Below, one piece after another: positions 26,601 to 41,600 of a DNA stretch of 64,000 nucleotides (position 1 is its first letter; every line of letters starts with the position of its first letter). Origin of the DNA: the human T2T-CHM13v2.0 reference genome, Homo sapiens; NCBI RefSeq assembly GCF_009914755.1, contig NC_060944.1. The stretch is one strand, 5' to 3'. A model generated the notes under the pieces. The model saw only the letters and a list, made by a program, of their open reading frames with translations. It did not search any database and had not been told where the DNA came from. The position numbers were made by a program, and so were the translations under genes.

Positions 26601-29600
26601 AGGGCAGCTTTGAGGATTTCGTTGGAAACGGGAATACATGTAAAAAGCAGACAGCAGCATTCTCAGAAACTTCTTTGTGATGTTTGCATTGAAGTCACAG
26701 AGTTGAACATTCCCTTTGAGAGAGCAGGTTTGAAACACGCCTTTTGTCATATCTGGAAGTGTCCATTCGGAGCGCATTCAGGCTTGTGTTGAAAAAGGAA
26801 ATATCCTCCCATAAAAACTAGACAGAAGCATTCTCAGAAACTTATCTGTGATGTATGTACTCAACTAACAGAACTAAACCATCGTTTTGAAGGAGCAGTT
26901 TTGAAACACTCTTTTTGCGGAATCTGCAAGTGGATATTTGGCTAGCTGGGAGGATTTCGTTGGAAACGGGATTACATACAAAAAGCAGACAGCAGCATTC
27001 TCAGAAACTTCTTTGTGATGTTTGCATTCAAGTCACAGAGTTGAACATTCCCTTTCATAGAGCAGGTTTGAAACACTCTTTTTGTAGTATCTGGATGTGG
27101 ACATTTGGATCGCTTTCAGGCCTATGGTGAAAAAGGAAATATCTTCCCATGAAAACTAGACAGAAGCATTCTCAGAAACTTATTTGTGATGTGTGCCCTC
27201 AACTGACAGTGTTGAACCTTTGTTTTGATAGAGCAGTTCTGAAACACACTTTTTGTAAAATCTGCAAGAGGATATTTGGATAGCTTTGAGGATTTCGTTG
27301 GAAACGGGAATGTCTTCATGTAAACTCTAGACAGAAGCATTCTCAGAAACTGCTTTGGGATGTTTCAATTGAAGTCCCAGTGTTGAACATTCCCTTTCAT
27401 AGAGCAGGTTTGAAACACTCTTTTTGTACTATCTGGAAGTGGACATTTGGAGCGCTTTCAGGTCTACGGTGAAAAAGGAGATATCTTCCAATAAAAACTA
27501 GATAGAAGCAATGTCAGAACTTTTTTCATGATGTATCTACTCAGCAAACAGAGTTGAACCTTTCTTTTGAGAGAGCAGTTTTGAAACACTCTTTTTGTGG
27601 AATATGCAAGTGGGTATTAGGCCAGCTTGGAGGATTTCGTTGGAAACGGGAATACGTATAAAAAGCAGACAGCAGCATTGTCAGAAACTACTTTGTGATG
27701 TTTGCATTCAAGTCACAGAATTGAACACTCCCTTTCACAGAGCAGGTTTGAAACACTCTTTTTGTAGTGTCTGTAAGTGAACATTTGGATTGCTTTCAGG
27801 CCTAAGGTGAAAAAGGAAATATCTTCCCATAAAAACTAGACAGAAGCATTCTCAGAAACTTGTTTGTGATGTGTGCCCTCTACTGACAGAGTTGAACCTT
27901 TCTTTGCAAAGAGCAGTTTTGAAACACTCTTTTTGTAGAATCTGCAAGAGGATATTTGGATAGCTTTGAGGATTTCTTGGGAAACGGGAATGTCTTCAGA
28001 TAAACTCTAGACAGAAGCATTCTCAGAAACTTCTTTGGGATGTTTCAATTGAAGTCACAGTGTTGAACATTCCCTTTCACAGAGCAGGTTTGAAACACTC
28101 TTTTTGTAGTGTCTATAAGTGAACATTTGGCGTGCTTTCAGGCCTAACGTGAAAAAGGAAATATCTTCCCATAAAAACTAGACAGAAGCATTCTCAGAAA
28201 CTTGTTCTTGATGTGTCCCCTCTACTGACAGAGTTGAACCTTTCTTTGCAAAGAGCAGCTTTGAAACACTCTTTTTGTAGAATCTGCAAGAGGATATTTG
28301 GATAGCTTGGAGGATTTCGTTGGAAACGGGTATGTCTTCAGATAAACTCTAGACAGAAGCATTCTCAGAAACTTCTTTGGGATGTTGCATTCAAGTCACA
28401 GAGTAGAACATTCCCATTCATAGAGCAGATTTGAAACACTCTTTTTGTAGTATCTGGAAGTGGACATTTGGAGCGCTTTCAGGCCTATGTTGAAAAAGGA
28501 AATATCTTCCCATAAAAACTAGACGGAAGCATTCTCAGAAACTTATTTGTGATGTGTTTGCTCAACTAACAGGATTGAACCATCGTTTTGAAGGAGCAGT
28601 TTTGAAACACTGTTTTCGTGGAATCTGCAAGTGGATATTTGGCTAGCTTTGAGGATTTCGTTGGAAACGGGATTACATATAAAAAGGAGACAGCAGCATT
28701 CTCAGAAACTTCTTTGTGATGTCTGCATTCAATTCACAGAGTTGAGCATTCCCTTTCATAGAGCAGGTTGGAAACACTCTTTTTGTAGTATCTGGATGAG
28801 GACATTTGGAGCGCTTTCAGGCGTATGGTGAAAAAGGAAATATCTTCCCGTAAAAACTAGACAGAAGCATTCTCAGAAGTTTATTTGTGATGTGTGCCCT
28901 CAACTAACAGAGTTGAACCTTTCTTTTGATAGAGCAGTTTTGAAACACTCTTTTTGTAAAATCTGCAAGAGGATATTTGGATAGCTTTGAGGATTTCGTT
29001 GCAAACGGGAATGGCTTCATATAAACTCTAGACAGAAGCATTCTCAGAAACTTCGTTGGGATGTTTCGATTGAAGTCCCAGTGTTGAACATTCCCTTTTA
29101 TAGAGCAGGTTGGAAACACTCTTTCTGCATTCCCTGGAAGTGGACATTTGGAGCGCTTTCAGGACGACGGTGAAAATGGAAATATCTTCCAAGAAAATCT
29201 AGATAGAAGCAACGTCAGAAACTTTTATGTGATGGATCTACTCAGCTAACAGAGTTGAACCTTTCTTTTGAGAGAGCAGTTTTGCAACACTCTTTTTGTG
29301 GAATATGCAAGTGGATATTAGGGCAGCTTTGAGGATTTCGTTGGAAACGGGAATACATGTAAAAAGCAGACAGCAGCATTCTCAGAAACTTCTTTGTGAT
29401 GTTTGCATTGAAGTCACAGAGTTGAACATTCCCTTTGAGAGAGCAGGTTTGAAACACGCCTTTTGTCATATCTGGAAGTGTCCATTCGGAGCGCATTCAG
29501 GCTTGTGTTGAAAAAGGAAATATCCTCCCATAAAAACTAGACAGAAGCATTCTCAGAAACTTATCTGTGATGTATGTACTCAACTAACAGAACTAAACCA

Positions 29601-32600
29601 TCGTTTTGAAGGAGCAGTTTTGAAACACTCTTTTTGCGGAATCTGCAAGTGGATATTTGGCTAGCTGGGAGGATTTCGTTGGAAACGGGAGTACATACAA
29701 AAAGCAGACAGCAGCATTCTCAGAAACTTCTTTGTGATGTTTGCATTCAAGTCACAGAGTTGAACATTCCCTTTCATAGAGCAGGTTTGAAACACTCTTT
29801 TTGTAGTATCTGGATGTGGACATTTGGATCGCTTTCAGGCCTATGGTGAAAAAGGAAATATCTTCCCATGAAAACTAGACAGAAGCATTCTCAGAAACTT
29901 ATTTGTGATGTGTGCCCTCAACTGACAGTGTTGAACCTTTGTTTTGATAGAGCAGTTCTGAAACACACTTTTTGTAAAATCTGCAAGAGGATATTTGGAT
30001 AGCTTTGAGGATTTCGTTGGAAACGGGAATGTCTTCATGTAAACTCTGGACAGAAGCATTCTCAGAAACTGCTTTGGGATGTTTCAATTGAAGTCCCAGT
30101 GTTGAACATTCCCTTTCATAGAGCAGGTTTGAAACACTCTTTTTGTACTATCTGGAAGTGGACATTTGGAGCGCTTTCAGGTCTACGGTGAAAAAGGAGA
30201 TATCTTCCAATAAAAACTAGATAGAAGCAATGTCAGAACTTTTTTCATGATGTATCTACTCAGCAAACAGAGTTGAACCTTTCTTTTGAGAGAGCAGTTT
30301 TGAAACACTCTTTCTGTGGAATATGCAAGTGGGTATTAGGCCAGCTTGGAGGATTTCGTTGGAAACGGGAATACGTATAAAAAGCAGACAGCAGCATTGT
30401 CAGAAACTACTTTGTGATGTTTGCATTCAAGTCACAGAATTGAACACTCCCTTTCACAGAGCAGGTTTGAAACACTCTTTTTGTAGTGTCTGTAAGTGAA
30501 CATTTGGATTGCTTTCAGGCCTAAGGTGAAAAAGGAAATATCTTCCCATAAAAACTAGACAGAAGCATTCTCAGAAACTTGTTTGTGATGTGTGCCCTCT
30601 ACTGACAGAGTTGAACCTTTCTTTGCAAAGAGCAGTTTTGAAACACTCTTTTTGTAGAATCTGCAAGAGGATATTTGGATAGCTTTGAGGATTTCTTGGG
30701 AAACGGGAATGTCTTCAGATAAACTCTAGACAGAAGCATTCTCAGAAACTTCTTTGGGATGTTTCAATTGAAGTCACAGTGTTGAACATTCCCTTTCACA
30801 GAGCAGGTTTGAAACACTCTTTTTGTAGTGTCTATAAGTGAACATTTGGCGTGCTTTCAGGCCTAACGTGAAAAAGGAAATATCTTCCCATAAAAACTAG
30901 ACAGAAGCATTCTCAGAAACTTGTTCTTGATGTGTCCCCTCTACTGACAGAGTTGAACCTTTCTTTGCAAAGAGCAGCTTTGAAACACTCTTTTTGTAGA
31001 ATCTGCAAGAGGATATTTGGATAGCTTGGAGGATTTCGTTGGAAACGGGTATGTCTTCAGATAAACTCTAGACAGAAGCATTCTCAGAAACTTCTTTGGG
31101 ATGTTGCATTCAAGTCACAGAGTAGAACATTCCCATTCATAGAGCAGATTTGAAACACTCTTTTTGTAGTATCTGGAAGTGGACATTTGGAGCGCTTTCA
31201 GGCCTATGTTGAAAAAGGAAATATCTTCCCATAAAAACTAGACGGAAGCATTCTCAGAAACTTATTTGTGATGTGTTTGCTCAACTAACAGGATTGAACC
31301 ATCGTTTTGAAGGAGCAGTTTTGAAACACTGTTTTCGTGGAATCTGCAAGTGGATATTTGGCTAGCTTTGAGGATTTCGTTGGAAACGGGATTACGTATA
31401 AAAAGGAGACAGCAGCATTCTCAGAAACTTCTTTGTGATGTCTGCATTCAATTCACAGAGTTGAGCATTCCCTTTCATAGAGCAGGTTGGAAACACTCTT
31501 TTTGTAGTATCTGGATGAGGACATTTGGAGCGCTTTCAGGCGTATGGTGAAAAAGGAAATATCTTCCCGTAAAAACTAGACAGAAGCATTCTCAGAAGTT
31601 TATTTGTGATGTGTGCCCTCAACTAACAGAGTTGAACCTTTCTTTTGATAGAGCAGTTTTGAAACACTCTTTTTGTAAAATCTGCAAGAGGATATTTGGA
31701 TAGCTTTGAGGATTTCGTTGCAAACGGGAATGGCTTCATATAAACTCTAGACAGAAGCATTCTCAGAAACTTCGTTGGGATGTTTCGATTGAAGTCCCAG
31801 TGTTGAACATTCCCTTTTATAGAGCAGGTTGGAAACACTCTTTCTGCATTCCCTGGAAGTGGACATTTGGAGCGCTTTCAGGACGACGGTGAAAATGGAA
31901 ATATCTTCCAAGAAAATCTAGATAGAAGCAACGTCAGAAACTTTTATGTGATGGATCTACTCAGCTAACAGAGTTGAACCTTTCTTTTGAGAGAGCAGTT
32001 TTGCAACACTCTTTTTGTGGAATATGCAAGTGGATATTAGGGCAGCTTTGAGGATTTCGTTGGAAACGGGAATACATGTAAAAAGCAGACAGCAGCATTC
32101 TCAGAAACTTCTTTGTGATGTTTGCATTGAAGTCACAGAGTTGAACATTCCCTTTGAGAGAGCAGGTTTGAAACACGCCTTTTGTCATATCTGGAAGTGT
32201 CCATTCGGAGCGCATTCAGGCTTGTGTTGAAAAAGGAAATATCCTCCCATAAAAACTAGACAGAAGCATTCTCAGAAACTTATCTGTGATGTATGTACTC
32301 AACTAACAGAACTAAACCATCGTTTTGAAGGAGCAGTTTTGAAACACTCTTTTTGCGGAATCTGCAAGTGGATATTTGGCTAGCTGGGAGGATTTCGTTG
32401 GAAACGGGATTACATACAAAAAGCAGACAGCAGCATTCTCAGAAACTTCTTTGTGATGTTTGCATTCAAGTCACAGAGTTGAACATTCCCTTTCATAGAG
32501 CAGGTTTGAAACACTCTTTTTGTAGTATCTGGATGTGGACATTTGGATCGCTTTCAGGCCTATGGTGAAAAAGGAAATATCTTCCCATGAAAACTAGACA

Positions 32601-35600
32601 GAAGCATTCTCAGAAACTTATTTGTGATGTGTGCCCTCAACTGACAGTGTTGAACCTTTGTTTTGATAGAGCAGTTCTGAAACACACTTTTTGTAAAATC
32701 TGCAAGAGGATATTTGGATAGCTTTGAGGATTTCGTTGGAAACGGGAATGTCTTCATGTAAACTCTAGACAGAAGCATTCTCAGAAACTGCTTTGGGATG
32801 TTTCAATTGAAGTCCCAGTGTTGAACATTCCCTTTCATAGAGCAGGTTTGAAACACTCTTTTTGTACTATCTGGAAGTGGACATTTGGAGCGCTTTCAGG
32901 TCTACGGTGAAAAAGGAGATATCTTCCAATAAAAACTAGATAGAAGCAATGTCAGAACTTTTTTCATGATGTATCTACTCAGCAAACAGAGTTGAACCTT
33001 TCTTTTGAGAGAGCAGTTTTGAAACACTCTTTTTGTGGAATATGCAAGTGGGTATTAGGCCAGCTTGGAGGATTTCGTTGGAAACGGGAATACGTATAAA
33101 AAGCAGACAGCAGCATTGTCAGAAACTACTTTGTGATGTTTGCATTCAAGTCACAGAATTGAACACTCCCTTTCACAGAGCAGGTTTGAAACACTCTTTT
33201 TGTAGTGTCTGTAAGTGAACATTTGGATTGCTTTCAGGCCTAAGGTGAAAAAGGAAATATCTTCCCATAAAAACTAGACAGAAGCATTCTCAGAAACTTG
33301 TTTGTGATGTGTGCCCTCTACTGACAGAGTTGAACCTTTCTTTGCAAAGAGCAGTTTTGAAACACTCTTTTTGTAGAATCTGCAAGAGGATATTTGGATA
33401 GCTTTGAGGATTTCTTGGGAAACGGGAATGTCTTCAGATAAACTCTAGACAGAAGCATTCTCAGAAACTTCTTTGGGATGTTTCAATTGAAGTCACAGTG
33501 TTGAACATTCCCTTTCACAGAGCAGGTTTGAAACACTCTTTTTGTAGTGTCTATAAGTGAACATTTGGCGTGCTTTCAGGCCTAACGTGAAAAAGGAAAT
33601 ATCTTCCCATAAAAACTAGACAGAAGCATTCTCAGAAACTTGTTCTTGATGTGTCCCCTCTACTGACAGAGTTGAACCTTTCTTTGCAAAGAGCAGCTTT
33701 GAAACACTCTTTTTGTAGAATCTGCAAGAGGATATTTGGATAGCTTGGAGGATTTCGTTGGAAACGGGTATGTCTTCAGATAAACTCTAGACAGAAGCAT
33801 TCTCAGAAACTTCTTTGGGATGTTGCATTCAAGTCACAGAGTAGAACATTCCCATTCATAGAGCAGATTTGAAACACTCTTTTTGTAGTATCTGGAAGTG
33901 GACATTTGGAGCGCTTTCAGGCCTATGTTGAAAAAGGAAATATCTTCCCATAAAAACTAGACGGAAGCATTCTCAGAAACTTATTTGTGATGTGTTTGCT
34001 CAACTAACAGGATTGAACCATCGTTTTGAAGGAGCAGTTTTGAAACACTGTTTTCGTGGAATCTGCAAGTGGATATTTGGCTAGCTTTGAGGATTTCGTT
34101 GGAAACGGGATTACATATAAAAAGGAGACAGCAGCATTCTCAGAAACTTCTTTGTGATGTCTGCATTCAATTCACAGAGTTGAGCATTCCCTTTCATAGA
34201 GCAGGTTGGAAACACTCTTTTTGTAGTATCTGGATGAGGACATTTGGAGCGCTTTCAGGCGTATGGTGAAAAAGGAAATATCTTCCCGTAAAAACTAGAC
34301 AGAAGCATTCTCAGAAGTTTATTTGTGATGTGTGCCCTCAACTAACAGAGTTGAACCTTTCTTTTGATAGAGCAGTTTTGAAACACTCTTTTTGTAAAAT
34401 CTGCAAGAGGATATTTGGATAGCTTTGAGGATTTCGTTGCAAACGGGAATGGCTTCATATAAACTCTAGACAGAAGCATTCTCAGAAACTTCGTTGGGAT
34501 GTTTCGATTGAAGTCCCAGTGTTGAACATTCCCTTTTATAGAGCAGGTTGGAAACACTCTTTCTGCATTCCCTGGAAGTGGACATTTGGAGCGCTTTCAG
34601 GACGACGGTGAAAATGGAAATATCTTCCAAGAAAATCTAGATAGAAGCAACGTCAGAAACTTTTATGTGATGGATCTACTCAGCTAACAGAGTTGAACCT
34701 TTCTTTTGAGAGAGCAGTTTTGCAACACTCTTTTTGTGGAATATGCAAGTGGATATTAGGGCAGCTTTGAGGATTTCGTTGGAAACGGGAATACATGTAA
34801 AAAGCAGACAGCAGCATTCTCAGAAACTTCTTTGTGATGTTTGCATTGAAGTCACAGAGTTGAACATTCCCTTTGAGAGAGCAGGTTTGAAACACGCCTT
34901 TTGTCATATCTGGAAGTGTCCATTCGGAGCGCATTCAGGCTTGTGTTGAAAAAGGAAATATCCTCCCATAAAAACTAGACAGAAGCATTCTCAGAAACTT
35001 ATCTGTGATGTATGTACTCAACTAACAGAACTAAACCATCGTTTTGAAGGAGCAGTTTTGAAACACTCTTTTTGCGGAATCTGCAAGTGGATATTTGGCT
35101 AGCTGGGAGGATTTCGTTGGAAACGGGATTACATACAAAAAGCAGACAGCAGCATTCTCAGAAACTTCTTTGTGATGTTTGCATTCAAGTCACAGAGTTG
35201 AACATTCCCTTTCATAGAGCAGGTTTGAAACACTCTTTTTGTAGTATCTGGATGTGGACATTTGGATCGCTTTCAGGCCTATGGTGAAAAAGGAAATATC
35301 TTCCCATGAAAACTAGACAGAAGCATTCTCAGAAACTTATTTGTGATGTGTGCCCTCAACTGACAGTGTTGAACCTTTGTTTTGATAGAGCAGTTCTGAA
35401 ACACACTTTTTGTAAAATCTGCAAGAGGATATTTGGATAGCTTTGAGGATTTCGTTGGAAACGGGAATGTCTTCATGTAAACTCTAGACAGAAGCATTCT
35501 CAGAAACTGCTTTGGGATGTTTCAATTGAAGTCCCAGTGTTGAACATTCCCATTCATAGAGCAGGTTTGAAACACTCTTTTTGTACTATCTGGAAGTGGA

Positions 35601-38600
35601 CATTTGGAGCGCTTTCAGGTCTACGGTGAAAAAGGAGATATCTTCCAATAAAAACTAGATAGAAGCAATGTCAGAACTCTTTTCATGATGTATCTACTCA
35701 GCAAACAGAGTTGAACCTTTCTTTTGAGAGAGCAGTTTTGAAACACTCTTTTTGTGGAATATGCAAGTGGGTATTAGGCCAGCTTGGAGGATTTCGTTGG
35801 AAACGGGAATACGTATAAAAAGCAGACAGCAGCATTGTCAGAAACTACTTTGTGATGTTTGCATTCAAGTCACAGAATTGAACACTCCCTTTCACAGAGC
35901 AGGTTTGAAACACTCTTTTTGTAGTGTCTGTAAGTGAACATTTGGATTGCTTTCAGGCCTAAGGTGAAAAAGGAAATATCTTCCCATAAAAACTAGACAG
36001 AAGCATTCTCAGAAACTTGTTTGTGATGTGTGCCCTCTACTGACAGAGTTGAACCTTTCTTTGCAAAGAGCAGTTTTGAAACACTCTTTTTGTAGAATCT
36101 GCAAGAGGATATTTGGATAGCTTTGAGGATTTCTTGGGAAACGGGAATGTCTTCAGATAAACTCTAGACAGAAGCATTCTCAGAAACTTCTTTGGGATGT
36201 TTCAATTGAAGTCACAGTGTTGAACATTCCCTTTCACAGAGCAGGTTTGGAACACTCTTTTTGTAGTGTCTATAAGTGAACATTTGGCGTGCTTTCAGGC
36301 CTAACGTGAAAAAGGAAATATCTTCCCATAAAAACTAGACAGAAGCATTCTCAGAAACTTGTTCTTGATGTGTCCCCTCTACTGACAGAGTTGAACCTTT
36401 CTTTGCAAAGAGCAGCTTTGAAACACTCTTTTTGTAGAATCTGCAAGAGGATATTTGGATAGCTTGGAGGATTTCGTTGGAAACGGGTATGTCTTCAGAT
36501 AAACTCTAGACAGAAGCATTCTCAGAAACTTCTTTGGGATGTTGCATTCAAGTCACAGAGTAGAACATTCCCATTCATAGAGCAGATTTGAAACACTCTT
36601 TTTGTAGTATCTGGAAGTGGACATTTGGAGCGCTTTCAGGCCTATGTTGAAAAAGGAAATATCTTCCCATAAAAACTAGACGGAAGCATTCTCAGAAACT
36701 TATTTGTGATGTGTTTGCTCAACTAACAGGATTGAACCATCGTTTTGAAGGAGCAGTTTTGAAACACTGTTTTCGTGGAATCTGCAAGTGGATATTTGGC
36801 TAGCTTTGAGGATTTCGTTGGAAACGGGATTACGTATAAAAAGGAGACAGCAGCATTCTCAGAAACTTCTTTGTGATGTCTGCATTCAATTCACAGAGTT
36901 GAGCATTCCCTTTCATAGAGCAGGTTGGAAACACTCTTTTTGTAGTATCTGGATGAGGACATTTGGAGCGCTTTCAGGCGTATGGTGAAAAAGGAAATAT
37001 CTTCCCGTAAAAACTAGACAGAAGCATTCTCAGAAGTTTATTTGTGATGTGTGCCCTCAACTAACAGAGTTGAACCTTTCTTTTGATAGAGCAGTTTTGA
37101 AACACTCTTTTTGTAAAATCTGCAAGAGGATATTTGGATAGCTTTGAGGATTTCGTTGCAAACGGGAATGGCTTCATATAAACTCTAGACAGAAGCATTC
37201 TCAGAAACTTCGTTGGGATGTTTCGATTGAAGTCCCAGTGTTGAACATTCCCTTTTATAGAGCAGGTTGGAAACACTCTTTCTGCATTCCCTGGAAGTGG
37301 ACATTTGGAGCGCTTTCAGGACGACGGTGAAAATGGAAATATCTTCCAAGAAAATCTAGATAGAAGCAACGTCAGAAACTTTTATGTGATGGATCTACTC
37401 AGCTAACAGAGTTGAACCTTTCTTTTGAGAGAGCAGTTTTGCAACACTCTTTTTGTGGAATATGCAAGTGGATATTAGGGCAGCTTTGAGGATTTCGTTG
37501 GAAACGGGAATACATGTAAAAAGCAGACAGCAGCATTCTCAGAAACTTCTTTGTGATGTTTGCATTGAAGTCACAGAGTTGAACATTCCCTTTGAGAGAG
37601 CAGGTTTGAAACACGCCTTTTGTCATATCTGGAAGTGTCCATTCGGAGCGCATTCAGGCTTGTGTTGAAAAAGGAAATATCCTCCCATAAAAACTAGACA
37701 GAAGCATTCTCAGAAACTTATCTGTGATGTATGTACTCAACTAACAGAACTAAACCATCGTTTTGAAGGAGCAGTTTTGAAACACTCTTTTTGCGGAATC
37801 TGCAAGTGGATATTTGGCTAGCTGGGAGGATTTCGTTGGAAACGGGAGTACATACAAAAAGCAGAGAGCAGCATTCTCAGAAACTTCTTTGTGATGTTTG
37901 CATTCAAGTCACAGAGTTGAACATTCCCTTTCATAGAGCAGGTTTGAAACACTCTTTTTGTAGTATCTGGATGTGGACATTTGGATCGCTTTCAGGCCTA
38001 TGGTGAAAAAGGAAATATCTTCCCATGAAAACTAGACAGAAGCATTCTCAGAAACTTATTTGTGATGTGTGCCCTCAACTGACAGTGTTGAACCTTTGTT
38101 TTGATAGAGCAGTTCTGAAACACACTTTTTGTAAAATCTGCAAGAGGATATTTGGATAGCTTTGAGGATTTCGTTGGAAACGGGAATGTCTTCATGTAAA
38201 CTCTGGACAGAAGCATTCTCAGAAACTGCTTTGGGATGTTTCAATTGAAGTCCCAGTGTTGAACATTCCCTTTCATAGAGCAGGTTTGAAACACTCTTTT
38301 TGTACTATCTGGAAGTGGACATTTGGAGCGCTTTCAGGTCTACGGTGAAAAAGGAGATATCTTCCAATAAAAACTAGATAGAAGCAATGTCAGAACTTTT
38401 TTCATGATGTATCTACTCAGCAAACAGAGTTGAACCTTTCTTTTGAGAGAGCAGTTTTGAAACACTCTTTTTGTGGAATATGCAAGTGGGTATTAGGCCA
38501 GCTTGGAGGATTTCGTTGGAAACGGGAATACGTATAAAAAGCAGACAGCAGCATTGTCAGAAACTACTTTGTGATGTTTGCATTCAAGTCACAGAATTGA

Positions 38601-41600
38601 ACACTCCCTTTCACAGAGCAGGTTTGAAACACTCTTTTTGTAGTGTCTGTAAGTGAACATTTGGATTGCTTTCAGGCCTAAGGTGAAAAAGGAAATATCT
38701 TCCCATAAAAACTAGACAGAAGCATTCTCAGAAACTTGTTTGTGATGTGTGCCCTCTACTGACAGAGTTGAACCTTTCTTTGCAAAGAGCAGTTTTGAAA
38801 CACTCTTTTTGTAGAATCTGCAAGAGGATATTTGGATAGCTTTGAGGATTTCTTGGGAAACGGGAATGTCTTCAGATAAACTCTAGACAGAAGCATTCTC
38901 AGAAACTTCTTTGGGATGTTTCAATTGAAGTCACAGTGTTGAACATTCCCTTTCACAGAGCAGGTTTGAAACACTCTTTTTGTAGTGTCTATAAGTGAAC
39001 ATTTGGCGTGCTTTCAGGCCTAACGTGAAAAAGGAAATATCTTCCCATAAAAACTAGACAGAAGCATTCTCAGAAACTTGTTCTTGATGTGTCCCCTCTA
39101 CTGACAGAGTTGAACCTTTCTTTGCAAAGAGCAGCTTTGAAACACTCTTTTTGTAGAATCTGCAAGAGGATATTTGGATAGCTTGGAGGATTTCGTTGGA
39201 AACGGGTATGTCTTCAGATAAACTCTAGACAGAAGCATTCTCAGAAACTTCTTTGGGATGTTGCATTCAAGTCACAGAGTAGAACATTCCCATTCATAGA
39301 GCAGATTTGAAACACTCTTTTTGTAGTATCTGGAAGTGGACATTTGGAGCGCTTTCAGGCCTATGTTGAAAAAGGAAATATCTTCCCATAAAAACTAGAC
39401 GGAAGCATTCTCAGAAACTTATTTGTGATGTGTTTGCTCAACTAACAGGATTGAACCATCGTTTTGAAGGAGCAGTTTTGAAACACTGTTTTCGTGGAAT
39501 CTGCAAGTGGATATTTGGCTAGCTTTGAGGATTTCGTTGGAAACGGGATTACATATAAAAAGGAGACAGCAGCATTCTCAGAAACTTCTTTGTGATGTCT
39601 GCATTCAATTCACAGAGTTGAGCATTCCCTTTCATAGAGCAGGTTGGAAACACTCTTTTTGTAGTATCTGGATGAGGACATTTGGAGCGCTTTCAGGCGT
39701 ATGGTGAAAAAGGAAATATCTTCCCGTAAAAACTAGACAGAAGCATTCTCAGAAGTTTATTTGTGATGTGTGCCCTCAACTAACAGAGTTGAACCTTTCT
39801 TTTGATAGAGCAGTTTTGAAACACTCTTTTTGTAAAATCTGCAAGAGGATATTTGGATAGCTTTGAGGATTTCGTTGCAAACGGGAATGGCTTCATATAA
39901 ACTCTAGACAGAAGCATTCTCAGAAACTTCGTTGGGATGTTTCGATTGAAGTCCCAGTGTTGAACATTCCCTTTTATAGAGCAGGTTGGAAACACTCTTT
40001 CTGCATTCCCTGGAAGTGGACATTTGGAGCGCTTTCAGGACGACGGTGAAAATGGAAATATCTTCCAAGAAAATCTAGATAGAAGCAACGTCAGAAACTT
40101 TTATGTGATGGATCTACTCAGCTAACAGAGTTGAACCTTTCTTTTGAGAGAGCAGTTTTGCAACACTCTTTTTGTGGAATATGCAAGTGGATATTAGGGC
40201 AGCTTTGAGGATTTCGTTGGAAACGGGAATACATGTAAAAAGCAGACAGCAGCATTCTCAGAAACTTCTTTGTGATGTTTGCATTGAAGTCACAGAGTTG
40301 AACATTCCCTTTGAGAGAGCAGGTTTGAAACACGCCTTTTGTCATATCTGGAAGTGTCCATTCGGAGCGCATTCAGGCTTGTGTTGAAAAAGGAAATATC
40401 CTCCCATAAAAACTAGACAGAAGCATTCTCAGAAACTTATCTGTGATGTATGTACTCAACTAACAGAACTAAACCATCGTTTTGAAGGAGCAGTTTTGAA
40501 ACACTCTTTTTGCGGAATCTGCAAGTGGATATTTGGCTAGCTGGGAGGATTTCGTTGGAAACGGGATTACATACAAAAAGCAGACAGCAGCATTCTCAGA
40601 AACTTCTTTGTGATGTTTGCATTCAAGTCACAGAGTTGAACATTCCCTTTCATAGAGCAGGTTTGAAACACTCTTTTTGTAGTATCTGGATGTGGACATT
40701 TGGATCGCTTTCAGGCCTATGGTGAAAAAGGAAATATCTTCCCATGAAAACTAGACAGAAGCATTCTCAGAAACTTATTTGTGATGTGTGCCCTCAACTG
40801 ACAGTGTTGAACCTTTGTTTTGATAGAGCAGTTCTGAAACACACTTTTTGTAAAATCTGCAAGAGGATATTTGGATAGCTTTGAGGATTTCGTTGGAAAC
40901 GGGAATGTCTTCATGTAAACTCTAGACAGAAGCATTCTCAGAAACTGCTTTGGGATGTTTCAATTGAAGTCCCAGTGTTGAACATTCCCTTTCATAGAGC
41001 AGGTTTGAAACACTCTTTTTGTACTATCTGGAAGTGGACATTTGGAGCGCTTTCAGGTCTACGGTGAAAAAGGAGATATCTTCCAATAAAAACTAGATAG
41101 AAGCAATGTCAGAACTTTTTTCATGATATATCTACTCAGCAAACAGAGTTGAACCTTTCTTTTGAGAGAGCAGTTTTGAAACACTCTTTTTGTGGAATAT
41201 GCAAGTGGGTATTAGGCCAGCTTGGAGGATTTCGTTGGAAACGGGAATACGTATAAAAAGCAGACAGCAGCATTGTCAGAAACTACTTTGTGATGTTTGC
41301 ATTCAAGTCACAGAATTGAACACTCCCTTTCACAGAGCAGGTTTGAAACACTCTTTTTGTAGTGTCTGTAAGTGAACATTTGGATTGCTTTCAGGCCTAA
41401 GGTGAAAAAGGAAATATCTTCCCATAAAAACTAGACAGAAGCATTCTCAGAAACTTGTTTGTGATGTGTGCCCTCTACTGACAGAGTTGAACCTTTCTTT
41501 GCAAAGAGCAGTTTTGAAACACTCTTTTTGTAGAATCTGCAAGAGGATATTTGGATAGCTTTGAGGATTTCCTGGGAAACGGGAATGTCTTCAGATAAAC

